A stretch of 64,000 nt of DNA from Pecten maximus (GCF_902652985.1 NC_047022.1:16430001-16494000); one strand, 5' to 3'. Counted from the stretch's first letter, positions 49,257 through 63,379 are shown. The notes: generated by a model not told the origin, from the sequence alone. A program made the numbers and translations.

Positions 49257-50101
49257 CAGTGGACTCTGTCTAAACCGGACTAGACTCCAACAGGTTTATA
49301 TAATTTGGCCGGGTTGTAGAAAACTCCGAATAGTAGAGACTGACTTTGTATAAGTAGATATACAATTTATTTACAACAGTTGTACTATAGTATATGTAAT
49401 AATGTACATACACACAAATCTTGAAAACACATTTTATTTCATATCTCTGTGTTTAGACGGTATGAACAACCGCCGGGAGCCCACAAAGCCACCGTTGCGC
49501 AATGGACCAGAACGAAACCTACTAGTGTATGGAAGAAACGAGACCCTGAAATATGGTCGGGTTACAGAATATACAGAGTCCGGGTTACAGAATAGATATA
49601 GTCCGGGTTACAGAATATACAGAGTCCGGGTTACAGAATATACAGGGTCCGGGTTACAGAATATAGTCCGGGTTACAGAATATACAGAGTCCTGATTACA
49701 AAATAGACAGAGTCCGGATTACAGAATAGACAGAGTCCGGATTACAGAATAGATAGAGGCCGGATTACATAATAGACAGAGTCCGGATTACAGAATATAC
49801 AGAGTCCGGGTTACAGAATATAGTCCGGGTTACAGAATATAGTCCGGGTTACAGAAAAGACAGAGTCCGGATTACAGAATAGACAGAGTCCGGATTACAG
49901 AATAGACAGAGTCCGGATTACAGAATAGATAGAGGCCGGATTACAGAATAGACAGAGATCGGATTACAGAATAGATAGAGTCCGGATTACAGAATAAACA
50001 GAGCCCGGATTACCGTGAGAATAAACAGAGTCCGGATTATAGACAAAGAAAGAAATTTTCAGGACTAAATTGTTTGAGTTCAATTTAGCCAGAGTCCACT
50101 G
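49257..50101. mobile_element. Tc1/pogo-like MITE with an internal 19-24-bp tandem array (GAGTCCGGATTACAGAATAGACA variants)
   Basis: TA|CAGTGGACTCTG ... CAGAGTCCACTG|TA; tandem array ~49557-50040. Confidence 0.8.
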
Positions 50102-50659
50102 TACTTTTAATGTAATGAGTGATACTGGTATGCATAGTAATGATCATTGTGCTACATGATCAAATAAATTTGATTAATTTAATAGCCACCATAGCAGATT
50201 TGGAGGTTCGATGTTGTCAACGCATACATATCTTGCCTTTGACACCACATAATTTGTCTGCCCTTAGCACGGGCTCGAGTAAACAAGGCGAGCCAGTGAT
50301 CATCGCCACTGCTACAAAATAAGTCACGAGAAATTTATGTTGAACTTAAAATATATATGTTTGAAACCAGCTATGTTTACATGTTGTATGTATGCAAAAT
50401 AGCAAAAATATCACAAAACTAAAAATGTATCTGGAAGCATAAATTTGCAAAAAAAAACGTAAATAGTTACGCTTGAGCGCGGGGCGATATCACTCGTCAC
50501 ATCTCGGCCGATTCCAGTACCCTTACGGAATCGGCCGAGGTTAGCCGAATGGGGGCGATACAAGATGGGGGCCTTGTATTGTGGAATTCTGGGACAAAAT
50601 GGTTGGGGCAGCATCGGCGTTACAGTTTAGGGGGAATCGTCTGGCACCCGAGGAGTGTC

Positions 50660-50809
50660 TATAGATTCCGTAGTATGGTGCTGCATCTCTATGAAAACAT
50701 TTTAATCATGATTAAAACATTTACTTATTTCAGAATTCTGTGGACCTGTGCCCTGTTGTTTTCTTTAATCTAATTTACAATGTATAAATACCATACTACG
50801 GAATCTATA
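50660..50809. repeat. Perfect 20-bp inverted repeat enclosing 110 bp (small MITE)
   Basis: TATAGATTCCGTAGTATGGT (50660-79) and ACCATACTACGGAATCTATA (50790-809). Confidence 0.75.
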
Positions 50810-51351
50810 TATTGTAATCAATTTATTCAGCAAACAGCAAACATACCGTCAAAACATTTAAAAAAAACAGCATTCTTACAGAATATGCAGACTATGCAGT
50901 ACAAACTGTCGTCTAATGCAATTTAAAAAAAACCCAATCTTTTGTTCTTAATAAAATACTCTATCAATAAGAAATTGATTAAATGTAAACTTAATTTATT
51001 TACAACAATTGCGAAATATAACACTTTAAAGTAAAGAGCTACTAAAGATTTTGCATGGAAGGTGATTTGTATATTTATATTTAGCAACAGTGAAGTTGAC
51101 CTTTGAACTCTGATGCTGAAACAATTCTAAGCAAGCTCTTTCAATAAGGAAGCTCTGTATGAAACACAAGTTATTAGTTGGAAACTGATTATGTATACAT
51201 ATAGTAACAGTGACCTTGACCTTTAACGCTGAAAAGCAATCCAAAGTAAGCACTTCCAATAAGGAAGCACTGTATGAAGTTTGAGGTAGACCAAGTATCA
51301 GTTTGACTGACAAAAGCGAACATAAGAGTTATATCAACTTATATTAATCAC

Positions 51352-51518
51352 CAGTGGCGTAGCTAGACCTGATTTGATGTGTACGCAGATGTGGTGCCAA
51401 AAGTGAGGGGAGGGGATATGGGGAAAAATTAAAAAAAGACATTGACACTCAAAGCTTCGGGATTTTTAAAATTATGTGTACGCACTTGCGTACCCGCGTA
51501 TAGGAAGCTACGCCTCTG
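51352..51518. mobile_element. 167-bp MITE inserted at the 3' end of a SINE, 5-bp TSD
   Basis: CAGTGGCGTAGCT ... AGCTACGCCTCTG termini; ATCAC duplicated at 51347-51 and 51519-23. Confidence 0.75.
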
Positions 51519-51710
51519 ATCACTCTTGTTGGCCCGGCTGGAATTGCGCGAGAGTGTTAGTGTGGTAGGAAAACCGGAGTACCCGGGAAACCCACGTCGT
51601 GGTCGGGCAGGTGACCCCATACCTTTGAATCACGTCTGATCGGGGAATCGAACCCCGGCCGTCTAGGTGAAAGGCAAGTGTACGTATTACCACTGTGCCA
51701 TCCGACCACC
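51519..51710 (-). mobile_element. tRNA-derived V-type SINE (second family)
   Basis: Minus strand: TGGCACAGTGG (A box), GGTTCGATTCC (B box), GTGGGTTTCCCGGGTACTCCGGTTTTCC (V-domain-like). Confidence 0.8.
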
Positions 51711-52349
51711 CTTTTGTTGAAATTGATTAAATGTTTCCTTATTATCTTTAGAAACGGTATCCAAATTTTAAAAACCATCCAACGGATTTATAGCGAAATA
51801 TACCTGTACCTCAAAGACTGTCAGTGGGAAACAGAAATGCCATGCTAGTAGCGGGTGACGTCACGTAGCAGAAGACGCTAACTTTTCCGGAGCTCATGGT
51901 CTTATTCTCCTTGTACTTTTTCACGACATCCAAACAAATCTATATGTTTTATTTAAATTGCCTTCGTTTAATAGATTTTGAATTATAGTTTCGATATCAT
52001 TTCGGTATTCATTTTTGTTTACCCCCAGGGACGTCGATATGTCAGTACGTACGTCTATGCATCTCTTTACTCATACCAATATATATGTCTCTGCTCATAC
52101 CTGCGATTACTCCGAGTATTCCTCCATTGTAATGATTATCATGGTATTTTTTTCAGGAAACTGCATACTTCCAAAATTCGACACATTTAATTATAAAAAA
52201 TAGCTTTCCGTGACAACAGACAAGTTAAAATTGCACCAAAGAATTGCAATGTGATCAAATATTTTTGCATATTACATCATTGGGGAAAACTTGAAATAAT
52301 GAACACTCCCTGACCTGTTCATACGTCACAGGAAGAAGTTTTCGCTTAC

Positions 52350-52443
52350 TTCAGTCAATAGTCTCGGGTCAGCGGCTCTAGTCAGCTGTACATTGGCATA
52401 GAGCATACATATAAGAACAACCGCGAAGAGCTGATTTATATGG
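52350..52443 (+). promoter_or_regulatory. Probable promoter and non-coding first exon of POR
   Basis: CGTCA and CAGGAAG motifs, Inr-like TCAGT at 52350, CpG-richer exon-like stretch ending in the donor GG|GTAAGA at 52443/4. The POR ATG exon begins with an acceptor at 60177-8, so an upstream exon is required. Confidence 0.5.
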
Positions 52444-54748
52444 GTAAGAAGAGGCTGATCCTGAAAGGATATTGTGTGTGGTTTGCTTAAGATTCGGTTT
52501 TAGTAAGACAGTCGAGACAGATGATTACCGGCAGTATTATATCTAACGTTACTGAAGACTAGATTCTAATTTCTAGCACGAATTTTTATATAATCTAAAG
52601 TTTCATTTTTTGTCACGTACACACCTTATTTGCCTATACAGGTTTTGCAAAAAGAAACCATGCTTATATAAGGATGTTTAGATCGGCAGGGTTAATATAC
52701 ATTGCCATTTTGATCGTACAAAAACCACTTGCTAGGCTACAGTACAGTATATTCAGTCTGAAGGTAACGACCCCAATTGTGACCTGGCCTTAAATTTCAT
52801 GATCAGTGATTGAACGGGGTTGGAAGGTCACGTTAAAATGTCAACTTAATTTTCTGAATCTCTGTGCCTATATGTGTTTGGTGTATAGTGTGTAATATTA
52901 TCAATGGGGTCAGAACATTGTTTCTAGAGTTACAAGACTAGAGACATACCTTGTATATATGATATATATATATACCTCTGGCAAACCTCATTTGCAATTT
53001 CATGAGTGCCATATCATTTTATTGAACAGTCATATCGCGCAACAGATGGCATTTTTTATGTGTTTTGCTGTTTTATAATTATACACTATATAATGTCCCC
53101 ATTAAATGTGCTATAGTGCAAATTAATTGTTACTGTATTAATTAACATGTCATTTTGTTAAAATCTTTTTCTCTTTACTTAGCACTAAATATGGGATAAC
53201 CTTTCTCAAAATAACTTTTTTTAACAGAGTTTACAAATATTTTCCCATTCAGATGTGGTTAATTTCAGGATATACCTGCAGGTTGAATATTATTCAAAAT
53301 GTTATCTTAATTAGCATAACTTTACATATTTTTGAATAGCTGGCTCAAAATTGAGGATTAACTGGCAGTTTTTGCCATCAGTACACAGCTTTTATTAAGA
53401 ACAGTTGATGTCTTTTTGAAGAAAAATAGCTTGACCCATAAGACTTCATCAAATAAGTAATCTTGGGTTCTGAATTTGCTGAATTTCAATGGTCAATCTA
53501 AATCCTTGCATTATTCATTCAGATAGAAAACAGATATATTTTATGTTTGGTAAAATTTAGATATTAGTCATTTCATTTCAAAAAAATGTTGGTGGATTAA
53601 GGTTATAATGTAAATAAGTTGAAGGTTACCAAATTGAAGACACATATGGCTTTGATAGTTACTGAATTCCAGCTGTCATTGTTGTATCAACATAACTTTC
53701 TGTATTAATTTGTACTGAGTCAGAATTCTTCTCCTGAGGATAGGTAACATTACCAGTGATTACAAAATGTTATGAGCAATCTGGAAAAATTATGGTACAC
53801 TTGTATAACCAATGCATAAATAACAGTTTTATGTATACATGTAAGTGATAAGCTTTAGTATAAGCTTTCTTCAGTACCGTGTGTACCTACCTACCTACAT
53901 TATATATATGTATTATCACTTTACAAATTACAGGTATGTAGACAATTATAATAAAAAAAAACCTGTAGTAAATTAATGATTATCACCCCTCCTCCCCCAC
54001 TTACTTAGTCATTTTCATTTCAAAAAGGATTTAGCAACATGCTTTGTGTATCATTTGTGCATGTGTCTGTTTGTCTAAGATTTGGCAAATAATTTTTGAC
54101 AATGCATGACAAGATATGTTTACATTATTAGAGAGTTCCTCAAAATATAATCTATATAGAGATTTAGCAGAAGATGTTTGATCACTACAACATTATTTAT
54201 ATATGCCATAATGTAATAGAGTTGCTTTGAGTAGAATACCTCTCCCAGCACATAATCTGCACATTGAAACTGGTCCATATCAAATTACTGTAAGAAATGA
54301 ACATCTGTACGTGCAGAGTTTTCAACTCTGGTGACAAGAATATGAACATTACTTTAATTTTTAGGTCATCTGACCCAAAGGGTCAGGATGACCTATAGCC
54401 ATCATGCTTCTGTCGTCGTCCGTCCGTAAGCCGTCCGTAAAGTTTTCATGTTTCAAACTTCTCAAGTTCCACCAGTGGGATTTAGCTGAAACTTGCCTGA
54501 AATGATCCTGAGATGGTCCTGACCAAGTGTTGTTATTTTTCGGGCTGATCCGAAATCCAAGATGGCCGCCATCTTGATAAACACATTTTAAATTTCTTCT
54601 CAAGTTCAACCAGTGATGTTGAGCTGAAACTTGCCAGAAATGATCCTGAGATGATCCTATTTCAAACTTATTCTCAAGTTCCACTGGTGGGACTCGGCAC
54701 TTACTTACCTGAAATGACCCTGAGATGGTCCTGACCAAGTGTTGTTAA

Positions 54749-55893
54749 AGCTGACAGTGCAAGTTAAAAAGCATCCAATCGAGATTAAAAAAAATAATAC
54801 ATGTACAGATTTCCAAAAATTGTTTCCGAGACATCCCCCAGTTATGGTAGTGTCGTATCTAAGGACGGGCAGACATTTTTCTTTTTTGTTATGCGTGGAT
54901 ACGAACCGCTATAAAAGCACGTGCGTTCATTGAGACAAGTATCAGTCTATCGATACATGCGCATAGCGACACATCTCTAGATCTCCATTATACATAGTAT
55001 ACGTTCTCAATACACACGCCAATGGGTTTTTGTTTACATTGTACGCAATTGCGGAACTTGAATATAGAATTTGAAGAGGTAATTTTATATATACATATAT
55101 ATTTTATTTTACAATAAAAGAAAAGAAAATATTGACAATACAAAATATTTGGGCCTCAACAATACATGCACCTAATAAAATTATAAACAGAGTAAATATA
55201 AGTAAATTCCTACCTGAGTCTTTCCAGTGGGATATGCAGTAAGAATAACTTTACAACTGTTACAGTATTATATCCATAGTTTCCATCAAAATATTTTCCG
55301 TGTCATCGTATCATTTGTGCACGTGTCATAACGCAATTAAAGCGTGATAAAACCACACTACTGCACAACAATAGCCCTAGTGTAGTGTAGACAATAGGAA
55401 TACATCCGATGAGTTCCGAGTGCTAGTGTACATGTTGATGCGAGTAAAATTAAAAATCGGAACTCCTCGGATGCTTTACATGTTATCAAAATGGCTGCAC
55501 CCACAAAAAACACGTGAGAAAATGGATAGAGTATTTGGAATTAATTCGTTATGCATTTTCCAGCATTTCTCAGGTTACAGGTAAGTGCTTCTGTTTGGTG
55601 TCGTTCGCGAATACAGTTGTAGGTCACGTGGTGTACAGATATAGTGTAGGTGATACAGGTGTGTCACCGTGAACACCTGAGGTTAGAGTGAATGCGAGTG
55701 TGACGTAGCACGTTCTTTTTATAGCAGCGGCGGCTTGGTTGTATCCACGCATAACAAAGAAGAAAAATGTCTGCCTGTCCTTAGATACGACACTACCATA
55801 ACTGGGGAATGTCTCAGAAAGATTTTTGGAAATCTGTACATGTATTATTTTTTTTAATCTCAGTTGGATGCTTTTTAACTTGCACTGTCAGCT
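54749..55893. mobile_element. Non-autonomous DNA transposon with ~175-bp TIRs and TTAA TSD (Kolobok-like)
   Basis: TTAA|AGCTGACAGTGCAAGTTAAAAAGCATCCAA... and ...TTGGATGCTTTTTAACTTGCACTGTCAGCT|TTAA. TTAA TSD with AG...CT termini fits Kolobok. Confidence 0.8.
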
Positions 55894-55897
55894 TTAA

Positions 55898-57890
55898 TTT
55901 TTTAGCCCACCATCATCAGATGGTGGGCTATTCAAATCGCCCTGCGTCCGTTTGTCGTCGTCCGTCCGTCCGTCCGTCCGTCCGTCCCTCCGTCCCTCCG
56001 TCCGTCCGTCCCTCCGTCCGTAAACAATTCTTGTTATCGCTATTTCTGAGAAAGTACTGAAGGGATCTTTCTCAAATTTCATATGTAGGTTCCCCTTGGT
56101 GCCTAGTTATGCATATTGCGTTTTGAGACCAATCGGAAAACAATATGGCCGACAGGCAGCCATCTTGGATTTTGACAATTGAAGTTTGTTATCGCTATTT
56201 CTCAGAAAGTACTGAAGGGATCTTTCTCAAATTTCATATGTAGGTTCCCCTTGGTGCCTAGTTATGCATATTGCGTTTTGAGACCAATCGGAAAACAATA
56301 TGGCCGACAGGCAGCCATCTTGGATTTTGACAATTGAAGTTTGTTATCGCTATTTCTCAGAAAGTACTGAAGGGATCTTTCTCAAATTTCATATGTAGGT
56401 TCCCCTTGGTGCCTAGTTATGCATATTGCGTTTTGAGACCAATCGGAAAACAATATGGCCGACAGGCAGCCATCTTGGATTTTGACAATTGAAGTTTGTT
56501 ATCGCTATTTCTCAGAAAGTACTGAAGGGATCTTTCTCAAATTTCATATGTAGGTTTCCCTTGGTGCCTAGTTATGCATATTGCGTTTTGAGACCAATCG
56601 GAAAACAATATGGCCGACAGGCAGCCATCTTGGATTTTGACAATTGAAGTTTGTTATCGCTATTTCTCAGAAAGTATTGAAGGGATCTTTCTCAAATTTC
56701 ATATGTAGGTTCCCCTTGGTGCCTAGTTATGCATATTGCGTTTTGAGACCAATCGGAAAACAATATGGCCGACAGGCAGCCATCTTGGATTTTGACAATT
56801 GAAGTTTGTTATCGCTATTTCTCAGAAAGTACTGAAGGGATCTTTCTCAAATTTCATATGTAGGTTCCCCTTGGTGCCTAGTTATGCATATTGCGTTTTG
56901 AGACTAATCGGAAAACAACATGGCCGACAGGCAGCCATCTTGGATTTTGACAATTGAAGTTTGTTATCGCTATTTCTGAGAAAGTGCTGAAGGGATCTTT
57001 TTCAAATTTCATATGTAGGTTCCCCTTGGTGCCTAGTTATGCATATTGCCTTTTGAGACCAATCGGAAAACAACATGGCCGACAGGCAGCCATCTTGGAT
57101 TTTGACAATTGAAGTTTGTTATCGCTATTTCTGAGAAAGTACTGAAGGGATCTTTCTCAAATTTCTTATGTAGGTTTCCCTTGGTGCCTAGTTATGCATA
57201 TTGCGTTTTGAGACCAATCGGAAAACAACATGGCCGACAGGCAGCCATCTTGGATTTTGACAATTGAAGTTTGTTATCGCTATTTCTCAGAAAGTACTGA
57301 AGGGATCTTTCTCAAATTTCATATGTAGGCCCCCTTGGTGCCTAGTTATGCATATTGCGTTTTGAGATCAATCGGAAAACAACATGGCCGACAGGCAGCC
57401 ATCTTGGATTTTGACAATTGAAGTTTGTTATCGCTATTTCTGAGAAAGTGCTGAAGGGATCTTTCTTAAATTTCATATGAAGATTTCCCTTGGTGCCTAG
57501 TTATGCATATTGCGATTTGAGACCAATCGGAAAACAACATGGCCGACAGACAGCCATCTTGGATTTTGACAATTGAAGTTTGTTATCTCTATTTCTCAAA
57601 GTACTGAATGGATCTTTCTCAAATTTCATAAGTAGGTTCCCCTTGGTTCCTTGTATTGCATTTTTGGACCAGTCTGTCCTGAAAACAACCTGGCAAACAA
57701 ACAGCCATTATCGTTAAATCTCAACTTTCTTATATAGCTAGGATTCCCTTGTTTGAAAAGTACTGGAGGGATGTCTCGATTTGCACAGATTAATAAAATG
57801 AAGGGAAAAGTAGAGAAAAGATCAATCTGACATTGAACCTATGAAGATCATTCAATGGTGGGCGCCAAGATCCCTCTGGGATCTCTTGTT
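55898..57890 (+). mobile_element. HINE-like element carrying a 155-bp tandem array (10 near-identical units plus one diverged)
   Basis: 5' hairpin TAGCCCACCATC-ATCA-GATGGTGGGCTA, (GTCC)n, units at 56031, 56186, 56341 ... 57580; 3' GGTGGGC plus palindrome AGATCCC-TCT-GGGATCT then CTTGTT. Confidence 0.88.
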
Positions 57891-59756
57891 TAATTAATTG
57901 GCCTGAAATCCAAGATGGCAGCAATGGCCGCCATCTTGAAAAACACATTTTAAACTTCTTCTCCAGTTCCACTGGTGCCAATGAACTGGAAATTGGTGAG
58001 GATGTTAAGGAAGAGGAGCCAACAAAGTGTTGTTATTTTTTCGGCCTCGTAAAAACTTTGACATGGCAGTCACAGCGGCCATTTAGGAACATGATTGCGC
58101 AATCATGGTTTTCCTGAACAACACCCATTTCAAACTTCTTCTCAAGTTCCACCAGTGGGATTCAGCACTTACTTACCTGAAATGACCCTAAGATGGTCCT
58201 TACCAAGTGTTGTTAATTTCAGCTCGGTCCAAAATCCACAATGGCCGCCATGGCCATTAAAGTGCTACTATACTTGCTACTGAGTATGTATACTACAATA
58301 GTACAAGGGTCTTTAAAGTCAGATGACCCTTTGGCCTCTTGTTGTTAATTTGTCAAATTTTCAACTTTTAAAGTACATACTATTGGGGGAAAAATCAAGT
58401 TGATCCAATTAATTAACACAATAAGTTTTAAAGATTTGACAAATGTAAAGTAAATATGTATATGATGCCACACAATTACTGTAAAAGTCTTTGTAATTTG
58501 CGCAGTTTAGTTTGTTAAAATTTGTTCATGGATTTGTCCGGGATCCATTCTCTATAGAAATTGATATATATATAATGTAGTGCTATATTGCAGTGACTGC
58601 CATTGTATTGTATTGTAAAGTTTAAAGTCAATAGATGAATTGAATTGAATTGAATATGTGAGCCTCTGTTCAGTGCTCACTTTGCTTTTAGCCAATCATA
58701 TGGTGGGCTATTCATCTGTCCATCCGTAACAATCCTAGTTATCGCTTTTTGATGTAAAGATTTTTTTTAAACTTCAGCCCATTTTGCCTAATGCTAAGAA
58801 AAAAAATTGTGAATTTGAAAGAAAAACTGCAACTTTTGGGAATTTGGCTGTTGCTCAACCATTAACATTAATTTGATTAACATAGGACATGTTCTGCGTG
58901 TATTCTCCATGACATGTGCATACAAACACACATAGCTCGACATACATGTATATGGATGTTTCTATGACCCAAAATGAACTATCTAACCTCAGGGGTCAGA
59001 ACTCCCCCCCCCCCCCCTCCCCCCTTATATTAACATCATGTCAAGCCCCTGTGCACACATAAGAAAGTAATATACAGATGTATTGGCAAACTGCCGCATT
59101 AGTCAACATACATATAAAGAGAGTTTCAATAATACTCTGATTCACTTGTTTGCTATTGTTCATTTGTATAGCATTGCATCGATATCAGTTTTGCTCTTTT
59201 GAGCAAACCAATCCCACGATGACACTGTCTGTATATATAGCAATGACATGTATGTATCTGTGGGTCACATGTTCTGACCCGATAATGATAGCAGTATTGA
59301 CTATGTAAACAAAGCATGGCGGTGTATACGTACGTAGATCAGCATATATATATACAGTCATGTATATAGCAAACAGTACATTATGGCTGTACTAATATAT
59401 AGTGTGCTGTGTAGTTTGTTCAGTTGGTATTATTAGATTCTGTTTTAATTTTTAGAAAACTTCATTCTGTATCATACATGTATTTGGTCTAATAGTCACC
59501 CAGTGGCAGTTAGCAATTTGAAAATTTAAGAATTAAATTGAAAATTTAAGAATTATAAAGAAGTATTCTTAAGGTAATTTTGGAAGAAATGGAAAGATGA
59601 TTAATATTACTAATTATCAGTTGTGACAAAACATTTACATTAACCAATGATTTTTAGTTTGGGAATGGAGGACAAATTCTTTATACATTTTTTTTTAGGT
59701 CTTTACGCATGTTTTGAATTGTTTGATTATTTAATAAATGTATCATTCATATATAC

Positions 59757-59818
59757 ATATGGCATATTTTTATACAATCGATCATGGTCATGATCGATTG
59801 TATAAAAATATGCCATAT
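59757..59818. repeat. Perfect palindrome: 30-bp arms with a 2-nt spacer
   Basis: ATATGGCATATTTTTATACAATCGATCATG-GT-CATGATCGATTGTATAAAAATATGCCATAT. Confidence 0.9.
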
Positions 59819-60194
59819 ATATACACGTATATACAGCGTATATATATATACCGAAAAAAATGAAAAAGAGTCAATTGTAAACATTCACAATATTTTGATA
59901 TGTTGGTACATTGCTAGATAATAACAAATATTAACTTTTAGGAATTTAAAAAAATGCTGAACTAAAACATGAAGTCTCATAATCTTTGAGAAGGAACTTT
60001 TTTCTAGTTCACTAGCTATAGGGTTTTTCTAGGAAAACATCAATGTTAAATATGCCTACAAATTCAAATAGGAAATAAAAGAAACAGTTAATTTTTGAAA
60101 GGAGTGGGTAACAAAAGAAAACAACCTGTTATTATATCTTATACAATAATGTAATATCATGTGTTCTTTTATTTGCAGTTTTCAAGTTTTAATC

Positions 60195-62523
60195 ATGAGT
60201 GAAGGTGTCGATTCAGAGATCCCTGTGGAGGCTGCCGGGGTAGTCCCTGCAGAAGAAGGGATGTTCTCAACACTTGATTTTTTCATATTATCAGCCCTGG
60301 CTGGTGTTTGTATATACTATTTCTTCTTCAAGAATAAAAAACAAGAGGAACCAACATTTAAAAAGCTAACTGTCCAGTAAGTAGAATGAAGGATATTGTT
60401 AGGGAATGATTTTCTACTAACTGGGAAGTATTTCATTTCCTGGTGCAATATGAAATTAGTTGCATTTGATTATTATACATGTACTTGTATTGATGGGGCT
60501 TAACGTCAACGACGAACATCCTTGTTCCGATTATAACTGAGTCTAACTAGGACACTAAGGGGAAAGGGGATGGGCAAGCAAATGTGAGATGCATTTCCAT
60601 ACATTGTAATCATTGCCAAAGTATCAAATAAGAGGATGGGGCAGACTAGCCTATATCTATATCTAATATCACTTTCTACTACTAACTGTAAATTTACCTC
60701 AATTTGAGATGATAAGTTATGAAAGTAAGAAAATAAAAAACAGAACACATTTTTTTCAGGCCTATGCAGGACCGAGCCAGTAATGCTGGGTTTATAGAGA
60801 AAATGAAAGCCTCAGTAAGTTTCAGATTCTTGAAAAAAGTACAAAAAATATTGATGTTGTAAACATAAAGTATGCCCTGTTTCTTAAAAAGATAAATATA
60901 TAAATATAACTGAATGTATACTGCAAATCAGCTATGTGATACCTGAATAACAATCATTAGTTTTCCTCTGATTCATCAAAAAAAGATTTCAACTCCTTAA
61001 GGAAAAGGAAATTCAGTTTTAATTAAGGTTTAGATATTTTCACTGAATATTTCTACCTTTACTGATATTTTTATTTAATCTGAGTTTAAGCAGCAAGAAA
61101 TGATAATGAATTTGTACCTTCATCTTAATGCCTGTGCTTTTCTAAGATATGTAGCAGCTGTAACCTAGCTGGCAGGTGTAGAAGAATGGGCTTATCTCTG
61201 CCTCTGGTCAACAAGCTTTAAGGTCTTAACAATGAGAATATTCCCATCTACAGTAATAAATATGAAAGACCACTTTTAACAATTTATGCAAAAATATTTT
61301 CTTATTTTGAGTTTGCTTTTCTCCAGGGGAGGAATGTGATTGTGTTTTACGGGTCACAGACCGGAACAGCAGAAGAATTTGCTGGCCGTTTGGCCAAAGA
61401 TGCCACTTGTTATGGGATGAAGGGAATGGTGGCTGATCCTGAAGAGTGTGAGATGGTGAGCTTAATGATCATGTAAATGAGAGTCTTTAGGAAAATAAAT
61501 TCAAAAGAAAAAAATGAAATATTTCATTAGGTTTGATTTATCAATGTAAAACAAGATGATAATGATATTAAGCACTTATAGTGTAGAAGATCGGTAAATA
61601 GAAAAACATTCTGGAGATAACAGGCTCATACTTATTCATATTAAAATCCCACAACAAAATTCATATATTACTGAGTATTTTCTCTGGTTCTGTGGAATTT
61701 GTTATAGATAAATTTTACTGAGGTATTCTGGGAAGGATTCAAAAATGAATTCCGTAAGGTTTGACAATATGAAGATAAATGCATGTTTGAAAGGAACACA
61801 GTATACTATTTCATGGATACTTGATTTCTCCAATTCATAATACCATCATCATCAACTGGAACTCAGTCATTGAAATTTAAGCTAAAAAATGTGGTAGGGT
61901 TCTCTTATGGATCCATGAGCAGTCAAAGTGGATTCAGTAAACTCCATCTCTATGTCAAAACATAGAAGTAAATATGTAAGGAGCATAACGATACTTGATT
62001 TAGCAGGTTGATGATACCCACATCAACAGAAACACATTCATTGAATTTAAACTTGAAAGCAGCTTTGAGTAAGTGAGAGCACATGTCTTTGAGAATTTTC
62101 ATATCAGTATTTCAAAAGCATTTTTCAAAGTCTGCAAATTGGATCTGTCATTAACAGTATTTCATCACTGTAGTTGTTTTTGTTTATTTAGCTGATGGTG
62201 ATATAACATCTACCACCAGAAACAATCATTGTGATGTTATTAAAAAGTGTGACAAACGTAATTCATGGTCATATAAATTCATGGACAAAGAGTACCCACA
62301 AAATGAATCAAAATTAAAGCCTACAAAAATTACAGATTTCACAGAGGTTTGTAAATACATATTTTACCTGCAGGAAGACCTTGTGAAGCTGAAAGACATA
62401 GATAATTCACTGGCAATATTTTGTATGGCGACATATGGAGAAGGCGACCCGACAGATAACGCTCAAGAATTCTATGATTGGTTACAAAATGCTGACTCAG
62501 AACTCAATGGACTTAAATTTGCT
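60195..62523 (+). CDS. POR: NADPH-cytochrome P450 reductase, 5' partial (TM anchor and FMN domain); continues beyond the window
   Basis: Exons 60195-60376, 60760-60814, 61327-61455, 62374-62523. Motifs: TM LDFFILSALAGVCIYYFF, VFYGSQTGTAEEFA, ADPEE, ATYGEGDPTDNA. The next exon start (VFGLGNKT) is present only as truncated tandem copies from 63390. Confidence 0.95.
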
Positions 62524-63379
62524 GTAAGTTATATCTGTGTTCATTCTTAGATTTATTTTCTTGTTAAGATGAAAGTAAATTATAAAGATTTGCTTTGAGG
62601 TTTTTCACATCAATGTCTTTCAAAATAGATTTATTTAAAAAGAGAAATTAATTAATTAAATCTGATGTTATATCTATGTATATATTGTATGATTAGTATG
62701 ATAGAATACATATTTTGTCACATATTTGCTATTCTTCTATATAATACGACCATATCATAAACATGAGACACATGTGTAATAACACTGTTTTGATCTATCA
62801 TTAATTAATATATGACATAGCGTGATTGGCTCTGTAGAGAATAACACCATCCAAGATGAAATTCTCATGTCTTATATAGAAAGGATTTGGGAGAGTTTTC
62901 ACTCATATTCGCAAAAATGAGTTATGTAATAAACAGAATCTTAAACTTGTGTCATATTTCATTTATCATGTGTTGCTTTAAGGCTTGTGGAATATCAAAT
63001 AATAGGACTGAATATGTAAATAGAGGATTTTATATGAGTGGCAATGGTGATGTGATATTGAATTTATATGCCACAAGCCTTTAATAAATTTCATATGACA
63101 TAGCCAAGAGTATAAGATTCTAATCAACACATAACTACTATTTATGAGTTTATAAGCAAAAAACTTTCAATTTTTCGTTTCTATATATATAACAGGTGAA
63201 ATCCGGCTTGGATGAGACGTTTCTGTCTACCCAAACGATCATGCGAAGTTGCATATTTATTATGACATCACAATAGTGTTATTGCACATGACATTGTGTC
63301 TTTCAATATTTATGACATGGTCGTATGACATGGCTGAACAGGCCAGTGATGTGATAATTTTCCATATGACAATCTATTA

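Larger units (their letters stand above)
54358..58345 (+). mobile_element. HINE-like element split by two inserted elements (own sequence ~54358-54748 and ~57891-58345)
   Basis: 5' hairpin TAGGTCATCTGACCC-AAA-GGGTCAGGATGACCTA and GTC/GTCC microsatellite. Core units (CCAAGATGGCCGCCATCTTG, TTCTCAAGTTCCAC) resume after 57891. 3' end CAGATGACCCTTTGGCCTCTTGTT. Confidence 0.75.
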
